This document shows, piece after piece, positions 19,002 through 25,756 of a stretch of DNA of 25,756 bases. The notes under the pieces were generated by a model, which saw only the letters and a program-made list of their open reading frames with translations, made no database searches and was not told where the DNA came from. The DNA is from Candidatus Deferrimicrobium sp. (GTDB lineage Bacteria; Desulfobacterota; Deferrimicrobia; Deferrimicrobiales; Deferrimicrobiaceae), in contig JBAVHM010000313.1 of the NCBI GenBank assembly GCA_049685835.1, positions 1 through 25,756 on the forward strand. The letters run 5' to 3'. How positions within the stretch are numbered: position 1 is the stretch's first letter; the number at the start of each line of letters is the position of its first letter. Both the position numbers and the translations under genes were made by a program.

Positions 19002-19790
19002 TCACGGTTCCCTGAGACGACTCTTCAGCCGCTCGATCTTCTCCGACACGTACGCCGGGTCGTCCGCGTCTTCCCGCAGCATCTCGTACTGGGCGATCGC
19101 GCCCTGGAGGTCCCCCATCCCCTCGAGCGACTGCGCCATCCCCCAGCGCGCCTGGACCGTTGATTTTCGCCCCGTCGAAAGATACAGGAGTTTCCGGAAC
19201 TCCCGGTCCGCGTCGGCGTACCGACGCTGCCCGAGGAGCGCGTACGCCAGCATCCATCGTCCCTCCGCGGCGCGGTTCGACTTGGGAAACCTCTCCGTCA
19301 GTTCAGCGAGCGCCGCCGCCTGCCGCTCGTCCTCCCCCGCCGCACCGTACGCCCGCGCGAGGAGGAAGAGCGCCTCGTCCTCCCCCTCGAACCGCGGGAA
19401 CTCCTTCCGGATCCGCTCCAGATCCGCGGCCGCCGAGGAGGGGTCGAAGTACTGCAGCAGGTGGATCTCCGCGGTCCGCAGCAGCGCGCGGGGCACCTCG
19501 GACGCCCTTGGATAGTTGTACACGAGGGATGCGTACGCCTCGATCGCCGCGGGGAAGTTCCGGTAGTAGCCGCCGTAGAGGTCCCCCTGTCGCAGCAGGG
19601 CGGCCGGGGCGTACCGCGACTGCGGATGGTCCCGCGCGAGGATTCTGTAGTCGGCGAGGGCCGCCTCCATCTTCTGCGAAAGGAGCTCCTTCTCCGCCTG
19701 CTCGAACCGCTCTCCCGCCGGGTCGGCGCACGCCGACGCGAGCAGCAGCGCCGCGCACGCGAGCCCGATCCTCCACGGCCCCGCCGACAT
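19002..19790 (-). CDS. Tetratricopeptide-repeat lipoprotein (BamD/YbgF-like fold)
   Basis: Lipobox LASAC; repeated helical units ending in HP.S, YP, FP and FPKS followed by AL; lies between gyrA and gpsA. Confidence 0.75.
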   Translation of the reverse strand: MSAGPWRIGLACAALLLASACADPAGERFEQAEKELLSQKMEAALADYRILARDHPQSRYAPAALLRQGDLYGGYYRNFPAAIEAYASLVYNYPRASEVPRALLRTAEIHLLQYFDPSSAAADLERIRKEFPRFEGEDEALFLLARAYGAAGEDERQAAALAELTERFPKSNRAAEGRWMLAYALLGQRRYADADREFRKLLYLSTGRKSTVQARWGMAQSLEGMGDLQGAIAQYEMLREDADDPAYVSEKIERLKSRLREP

Positions 19791-19793
19791 CGC

Positions 19794-22226
19794 TCACTCT
19801 TCCTTCTCCGCCAGCCGCGCGATGGAGACGACCCGCTCCTTCTCGGCGAGTCCGATCAGGCGGACGCCCTGGGTGTTCCTCCCGATCACCCGCAGATCGC
19901 CCATCCCGAGCCGGATGATCTTCCCGCCGTCGGTCACCAGCATCACCTCGTCCGATTCGGCGACCTGGCTGACGCCGACCACGCGGCCGGTCTTCTCCGT
20001 CACCTTCAGGGCGATTACGCCCTTGCCGCCCCGCGACTGGCTGCGGTACTCCTCGACCGCCGTGCGCTTCCCGTACCCGTGCTCCGTCACGGAGAGGAGC
20101 GTCCCCTCGGGTTTCAGGATCTCCATCCCGACGACGAGGTCGCCCTTCTTGAGTGCGATGCCGCGCACGCCCACCGCCGCGCGGCCCATCGGCCGGACGT
20201 CCTCCTCAAGGAACCGGATCGACACCCCCTGGCGGGTGGAGAGGAACACCTCGTCCTGCCCCGTGGTGAGCGCGGTCGCGATCAGCCGGTCGCCCTCGTT
20301 CAGCCCCATGGAGATGATGCCGCCCGCGCGCGGCCGGGAGTACTCCATCAGATCCGTCTTTTTGATGACGCCCCGCGCCGTGACCGTTATCACGAACTTC
20401 CCCTCCGTGAACTCGCGGACGGGGAGGATCGACGCGATCTCCTCGCCGGGGGAGAGGGACAGGAGGTTCACGATGGCCCGCCCCTTCGAGGCACGCCCCG
20501 CTTCCGGCAATTCGTGGACCTTCAGCCAGAACACCTTCCCCTGGTCCGAGAAGAAGAGGACGTAGGTGTGCATCGAGGCAATGAAGAGCATCGAGACGAA
20601 ATCCTCCTCCTTCGTCCCCATGCCGACCTTCCCGCGCCCCCCGCGCCGCTGCGTCCGGTAGAGGCTGATCGGATTCCGCTTGATGTACCCCGTGTGGGAG
20701 ACGGTGACCACCATCTCCTCGTCCACGATCAGGTCCTCGAGCCGCAGGTCCTTCGTCTCGCGCTGGATCTCGGAACGGCGGGCATCGCCGTAGGCGTCCC
20801 GGATCTCGCGGAACTCCTGCCCGATCACGCGCAGAAGCTCCGACTCCTCGCCGAGGATCTTTTTCAGCCGCGCGATCTCCGCGCGCACCTCCTTCAGCTC
20901 CTGCAGGATCTTCTCGCGCTCCAGCCCGGTCAGCCGCTGCAGCCGCATGTCGAGGATCGCCTGGGCCTGGATCTCCGACAGGCGGAACTTCGCCACGAGG
21001 CCTTCCTTCGCCTCCTTCGGGTCCTTCGAGGCCCGGATCAGGCGGATGACCGCGTCGATGTGATCGAGGGCGATCGAAAGCCCGAGCAGGATGTGCTCCC
21101 GGGCCTCCGCCTTCCGAAGCAGGAACAGGGTCCGCCGGGTGACGACCTCCTTCCGGAAGGCGAGGAACTCCTCGAGGAGCTCCTTGAGGTTCATCGTCCG
21201 CGGCCGGTTCTGGACGATCGCCAGCAGCTGCACGCCGAAGGAGGTCTGCATCTGCGTCTGCTTGTACAGGTTGTTGAGGACGACCTCGGCGACCGCGTCC
21301 TTCTTCAGCTCCACGACCACGCGCATCCCGTCGCGGTCGGACTCGTCGCGCAGGTCCGAGATCTCCTCGATCTCCTTGTTCCGCACCAACTCCGCCATCC
21401 GCTCGATGAGGCGGGACTTGTTCACCTGGTACGGGATCTCGGTGACGACGATCGACTCCCGGTCCCCCTTCTTCGCCTTCTCGATGAAGGCCCGCGCCCG
21501 GATCTGGACGCTGCCGCGACCCGTGCGGTACGCGTCGCGCACCCCGTCGAGACCGTAGAGGATCCCGCCGGTGGGGAAGTCGGGCGCCGGGACGTGCTCC
21601 ATCAGCTCGTCGACCGTGATGTCGGGGTTCCCGACCAGCGCCAGCAAGGCGCCGATCACCTCGCAGAGGTTGTGCGGCGGGATGGAGGTCGCCATCCCGA
21701 CGGCGATCCCCGCGCTCCCGTTCACCAGCAGGTTGGGAACGCGGGACGGAAGGACGCGCGGCTCCTGGAGCGAACCGTCGTAGTTGGGGAGCGTCTCGAC
21801 GGTTTCCTTGTCGAGGTCGGAGAGAAGCTCCCCCGCCACCTTGGCCATCCGGACCTCGGTGTACCGCATCGCCGCGGCCGAGTCACCGTCGACCGAACCG
21901 AAGTTTCCCTGCCCGTCGATCAGGGGGTACCGCAGAGAGAAGTCCTGCACCATGCGCACGAGGGCGTCGTACACCGCGTTGTCGCCGTGCGGATGATATT
22001 TGCCGATCACGTCGCCGACGATGCGGGCGGACTTCTTGTAAGGCTTGCCGTATTCGTTCCCCAGTTCGTGCATGGCGAAAAGGATTCGGCGCTGGACGGG
22101 TTTCAGGCCGTCCCGGACGTCGGGGAGCGCTCGCCCGACGATCACGCTCATCGCGTAGTCGAGGTAGCTCTGGCGCATCTCGTCCTGGATGGCGCGGGGC
22201 TGTGCCTGTTTCTGGAACAGGTCCAT
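19794..22226 (-). CDS. gyrA: DNA gyrase subunit A
   Basis: [23 protein letters not shown](122)TE, GyrA-box QRRGGRG, C-terminal pinwheel repeats. Confidence 0.97.
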   Translation of the reverse strand: MDLFQKQAQPRAIQDEMRQSYLDYAMSVIVGRALPDVRDGLKPVQRRILFAMHELGNEYGKPYKKSARIVGDVIGKYHPHGDNAVYDALVRMVQDFSLRYPLIDGQGNFGSVDGDSAAAMRYTEVRMAKVAGELLSDLDKETVETLPNYDGSLQEPRVLPSRVPNLLVNGSAGIAVGMATSIPPHNLCEVIGALLALVGNPDITVDELMEHVPAPDFPTGGILYGLDGVRDAYRTGRGSVQIRARAFIEKAKKGDRESIVVTEIPYQVNKSRLIERMAELVRNKEIEEISDLRDESDRDGMRVVVELKKDAVAEVVLNNLYKQTQMQTSFGVQLLAIVQNRPRTMNLKELLEEFLAFRKEVVTRRTLFLLRKAEAREHILLGLSIALDHIDAVIRLIRASKDPKEAKEGLVAKFRLSEIQAQAILDMRLQRLTGLEREKILQELKEVRAEIARLKKILGEESELLRVIGQEFREIRDAYGDARRSEIQRETKDLRLEDLIVDEEMVVTVSHTGYIKRNPISLYRTQRRGGRGKVGMGTKEEDFVSMLFIASMHTYVLFFSDQGKVFWLKVHELPEAGRASKGRAIVNLLSLSPGEEIASILPVREFTEGKFVITVTARGVIKKTDLMEYSRPRAGGIISMGLNEGDRLIATALTTGQDEVFLSTRQGVSIRFLEEDVRPMGRAAVGVRGIALKKGDLVVGMEILKPEGTLLSVTEHGYGKRTAVEEYRSQSRGGKGVIALKVTEKTGRVVGVSQVAESDEVMLVTDGGKIIRLGMGDLRVIGRNTQGVRLIGLAEKERVVSIARLAEKEE

Positions 22227-22294
22227 GGGGTGGTCGACGCTCCTTCGGGGATTCCGGATCGATGCGGCGGGTTGCCGCTTTCCGATCCGTGCAA

Positions 22295-22312
22295 ATTATA
22301 TATTCTATCACA
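22295..22312 (-). promoter_or_regulatory. Putative sigma70 promoter of gyrA (extended -10)
   Basis: Minus strand TGTGATAGAATATATAAT contains TGn-TAGAAT and a perfect TATAAT in an AT-rich island; no clear -35. Confidence 0.5.
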
Positions 22313-22443
22313 GATCTTGGGGGCGACGTGCCAAGGAAAACGCAATAATTACCGTCGGTTATGGAAGGATCCGGAGGAATCCGGGAGGGTGGCCGGAACG
22401 CGTCGTCTCCGCCCCCCCTCCCGGGGTCCGCTCGTCGGGCGGA

Positions 22444-23394
22444 TTACCGGATCTTCAACACGATCTTCCCCCGGACGTGCCCCGTCCGGCTCCGCTCCTG
22501 CGCCTCCGCGGCCCGATCGAGCGGCACCACCTCGTACTCCGCGGGCCGGACGCGCCCTGCATCGATCAGCGCCGCGATCTCCCCGAGCTGGCCCCCGTTC
22601 GGGGAGACGAAGACGAAGCTCGTCCGGGCCCCGTACCGTTCCGCCTCCCCGGGCTCCGGCAGGTTGACGATGGAGACGAGCATCCCGCCGCGCTTGAGCG
22701 TCTTGTAGCTCTCCCGCTGCACGTGCTCCCCGACGGTGTCGAAGACCAGGTCGAGCCCTTCCGGCACGAGCGCCCGCACCGAGTCGACGAAATTCTCCCG
22801 CGTGTAGTCGATCGCCGCGTCCGCGCCCAACTCCTTCACGTAGGCGTGGTTCCGGCCGCGCGCGGTCGTGTAGACCGTCGCGCCGACGGATTTCGCGAAC
22901 TGGATGGCCAGCGACCCGACCCCCCCGGCGCCGGCGTGGACCAAGACCTTCTGCCCCGCCGACAGCCTCCCGGTGTCGAAAAGGGATTGCCAGGCGGTCA
23001 GCCCGGTCAGCGGGATCGTGGACGCCGCCGCGAAGTCCAGCGTGGTCGGCATCTGGGCGACCGCGTCCGCCGCCATCGCCACGTACTCCGCGTACGTGCC
23101 GTGCTGCACCTTCGGCTTGCGGCAGTAGGCGTACACCTTGTCCCCCCCCCGGAACGCCGTCACGCCGCTCCCGAGGCCCGCGACGACCCCCGCCGCGTCC
23201 CACCCCGGGACGATCGGGAACTCGTATGGAAACAGTTCCGCGAGCATTCCCTCGCGAATCTTCCAGTCCACCGGGTTGACGCTCGCGGAATGGACCTCGA
23301 TCAGCACCTCCCCCGAGGCCGGCGTCGGCTTGCCCACCTCCGCCACCCGAAGCCGCTCCGTCCCTCCAAAGGCGTCGAACACGATCGCTCTCAT
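22444..23394 (-). CDS. NADPH:quinone oxidoreductase-like MDR-family (zinc-independent) oxidoreductase
   Basis: MRAIVFDAFGG, VNPVDWK, PGWDAAGVV, VLVHAGAGGVG, GHVRGKIVL. ATG 23394 follows AAAGGGG. Confidence 0.88.
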   Translation of the reverse strand: MRAIVFDAFGGTERLRVAEVGKPTPASGEVLIEVHSASVNPVDWKIREGMLAELFPYEFPIVPGWDAAGVVAGLGSGVTAFRGGDKVYAYCRKPKVQHGTYAEYVAMAADAVAQMPTTLDFAAASTIPLTGLTAWQSLFDTGRLSAGQKVLVHAGAGGVGSLAIQFAKSVGATVYTTARGRNHAYVKELGADAAIDYTRENFVDSVRALVPEGLDLVFDTVGEHVQRESYKTLKRGGMLVSIVNLPEPGEAERYGARTSFVFVSPNGGQLGEIAALIDAGRVRPAEYEVVPLDRAAEAQERSRTGHVRGKIVLKIR

Positions 23395-23420
23395 CAGAAT
23401 GCCCCTTTCTCCGTCGTGCG

Positions 23421-25088
23421 CTACCATTTCAGGACCGCGCCGGTGCTCGCGCTGGTCGCCATCGCCGCGTATTTTCCGAGGCAGCCGGGCGATTTCTTCT
23501 TTTCGGGAAAACGCCATTTCGCACGCCGTTCGGCAAGTTCTGCCTCCGATACCACCAGTTCCAGCGTCCGCCGCGGGATGTCCAGGCGGATCCGGTCCCC
23601 GTTCCGGACCAGGGCGATCGTCCCCCCCGCGGCCGCCTCGGGGGAGACGTGACCGATGGTGGCGCCGCGCGTCCCCCCGGAGAATCGCCCGTCGGTGACC
23701 ATCGCCACCTTGTCACCGAGCCCCTCGCCCATGATGTACGACGTCGGCGCGAGCATCTCCTGCATCCCCGGACCGCCTTTGGGCCCCTCGTACCGGATGA
23801 CGACGAAGTCGCCCGCCTTTACCTTCCCCGCGAGGATTCCCTCGCACGCCTCGTCCTGCGACTCGAAGATCACGGCATCCCCCTCGAAGACCAGCATCTT
23901 CGGGTCGACCCCGGCGGTCTTGACGACCGCGCCTTCGGTCGCGAGGTTGCCGTAGAGGACCGCGAGCCCTCCTTCCTTGCTGTACGCGTTGGACAGCGGC
24001 CGGATGACCGCGGGGTCCTTCGACGCCGCCTCCGCGACGTTCTCCTCCAGGGTCTTCCCCGTCACGGTGAGGCAGCCCCGTTTCATGAGACCCGGCACCT
24101 TGAACAGCTCCGAAAGGATCGCCGGGATTCCCCCCGCGCGGTCCACGTCCTCCATGTGGTACTGCGACGACGGCGACACCTTGCACAGTGTCGGCGTCTT
24201 CCGCGAGATTGCGTCGATCCGTGCCAGGTCGAACGACACCCCCGCCTCGTGGGCCACCGCCAGCACGTGGAGGATCGTGTTCGTCGAGCCGCCCATCGCC
24301 ATGTCGAGCGCCAGCGCGTTGTCGAAGGCGGCGAGCGTGGCGATGTCCCGGGGCTTGATGTCCTTCCGGATCAGATCCATGAGACGGAACGACGCCGCGC
24401 GGTAGAATGCATCGCGCTTCGTGTCGACCGCCAGCACGGACCCGCTCCCGGGGAGCGCCATCCCCAGCGCCTCGCAGAGGCAGTTCATCGAGTTCGCCGT
24501 GAACATCCCGGAGCAGCAGCCGCAGGTGGGGCACCCGTGGTCCTCGAGTTCCTTCAGCCCCTCGTCCGAGAGGTTCCCGAGCTGGTGGGCGGCCACCCCC
24601 TCGAACACGGAGATCAGGTCGATCGTCCGGCCGTCCCGGGTCTTCCCCGCCTTCATCGGGCCGCCCGAGACGAAGATCGTCGGGATGTTGCACCGCATCG
24701 CCGCCATCAGCATGCCGGGGACGATCTTGTCGCAGTTGGGGATGCAGATCATCCCGTCGAAGCAGTGGGCCTTGAGCATCGTCTCGACGGAGTCCGCGAT
24801 GATCTCCCGGGACGGCAGGGAATAGAGCATCCCGCCGTGTCCCATGGCGATCCCGTCGTCCACGCCGATCGTGTTGAACTCGAAGGCAACGCCGCCCGCC
24901 TCCCGGACGCACTCCTTCACGTACCGCCCGACCTGGTTCAGGTGAACGTGCCCGGGGACGATCTCGACGAACGAGTTGCACACCGCGATGAACGGCTTTC
25001 CCATGTCGGCGTCGGTGACGCCGGCGGCTTTCAACAGGCTTCGGTGGGGCGCCCGCTCGAATCCCTTCTTGACCGTGTCGGATCGCAT
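23421..25088 (-). CDS. ilvD: Dihydroxy-acid dehydratase
   Basis: [68 protein letters not shown]. Confidence 0.97.
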   Translation of the reverse strand: MRSDTVKKGFERAPHRSLLKAAGVTDADMGKPFIAVCNSFVEIVPGHVHLNQVGRYVKECVREAGGVAFEFNTIGVDDGIAMGHGGMLYSLPSREIIADSVETMLKAHCFDGMICIPNCDKIVPGMLMAAMRCNIPTIFVSGGPMKAGKTRDGRTIDLISVFEGVAAHQLGNLSDEGLKELEDHGCPTCGCCSGMFTANSMNCLCEALGMALPGSGSVLAVDTKRDAFYRAASFRLMDLIRKDIKPRDIATLAAFDNALALDMAMGGSTNTILHVLAVAHEAGVSFDLARIDAISRKTPTLCKVSPSSQYHMEDVDRAGGIPAILSELFKVPGLMKRGCLTVTGKTLEENVAEAASKDPAVIRPLSNAYSKEGGLAVLYGNLATEGAVVKTAGVDPKMLVFEGDAVIFESQDEACEGILAGKVKAGDFVVIRYEGPKGGPGMQEMLAPTSYIMGEGLGDKVAMVTDGRFSGGTRGATIGHVSPEAAAGGTIALVRNGDRIRLDIPRRTLELVVSEAELAERRAKWRFPEKKKSPGCLGKYAAMATSASTGAVLKW

Positions 25089-25126
25089 CGGGACCTCCGT
25101 GAACGACTATTTTCACTTTCCAGCGA

Positions 25127-25756
25127 TCAGGATACCTCAGATTCGAGGGCGGCAAGCTCCGCGAGCGCCGCCCGGATCTCCTCGAGCCGATTCCCCGCGT
25201 CGGCTTCGCCGATCAACCCCGCGATCGTCGCGATCTCGCGCTCGAGAAACGCCGTCGCGTCCCGGAAAATACCGTCGATCGACGCGCCCACGGCGTCGGC
25301 CCATTGGGCCGCCACGCGGGAAAGGTTCTTCTCGACCTCCCACGGGACCCTGCGCAGGAAATGCCTGCGGACCAGCGGCCGGAAAACCGGCATCGGAATG
25401 AGAAACCAGAGCAGTTCGAAATGGGTGTCGAACGTGGGGGAGAGGCGGACGTCGGGGTGTGCCGGCTCTTCGACCTGCGGATCGAATCGGGCGCCTTCGA
25501 AACGGATCCCGAGGGCGCGCTCGATCTCCCCCGCCAGCCTGTCCGCGAAGGCCCGCACCGACCGCTCGACGCTCGCCTGCGCCCTGAAGAGAAAACCCGC
25601 GAGGTGCCCCTCGCCGTGCAGGGAGACCGCCCCCATCTCCTCCATCATCGCGTCGGCGAGCCACCCCTCGAACTCCGGGGTCACCCGCGCGAGGTGTCCC
25701 TTCCACCCCGCCATCGCCTCCGGAAGATCCGCGGTCACCCTCCCCGTCACTTCGCC
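25127..25756 (-). CDS. C-terminal part of a helical protein, possibly bacterial dynamin-like; 5'-partial
   Basis: Frame is open to the window edge. Amphipathic helices flank a hydrophobic patch (LLWFLIPMPVF). The family call rests on recalled similarity only; no GTPase motif is in the window. Confidence 0.5.
   Translation of the reverse strand, partial: GEVTGRVTADLPEAMAGWKGHLARVTPEFEGWLADAMMEEMGAVSLHGEGHLAGFLFRAQASVERSVRAFADRLAGEIERALGIRFEGARFDPQVEEPAHPDVRLSPTFDTHFELLWFLIPMPVFRPLVRRHFLRRVPWEVEKNLSRVAAQWADAVGASIDGIFRDATAFLEREIATIAGLIGEADAGNRLEEIRAALAELAALESEVS

Noticed and set aside
19794..22226. parC instead of gyrA, given the missing gyrB
   Set aside because: The intact GyrA-box (QRRGGRG) and full C-terminal pinwheel favour gyrase.
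19461..22667. 1068-aa plus-strand ORF
   Set aside because: Antisense shadow of gyrA.
23395..23517. Longer start of the oxidoreductase ORF
   Set aside because: It overlaps the ilvD 3' end; ATG 23394 has an RBS and a family-typical N-terminus.

Overview
High-GC bacterial chromosomal window. Gene content and order resemble Desulfobacterota/'deltaproteobacterial' genomes, possibly Ca. Deferrimicrobiaceae (inference only). Most of it is a minus-strand housekeeping block: partial dynamin-like gene, ilvD, a quinone oxidoreductase, gyrA (no adjacent gyrB), a TPR lipoprotein, gpsA, nadA, mfd, three parvulin/SurA foldases, pdxA, uvrA and a DUF4197-like exported protein. On the plus strand are a P2A Ca2+-type ATPase and a Cys-cluster protein. 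The accessory part is the first 2 kb: two Csu/spore-coat-U-type pilins, then a gene the ORF track missed because it runs off the window edge. It encodes six tandem MshEN-type c-di-GMP-binding motifs fused to an internal signal-peptide-like segment. Both units have sigma28-like promoters. Smaller oddities are REP-like palindromes, a structured intergenic element, an apparent ACG start codon and an atypical in-frame segment in mfd. No rRNA, tRNA, CRISPR array or transposase was seen. All calls come from manual reading, with no database searches.
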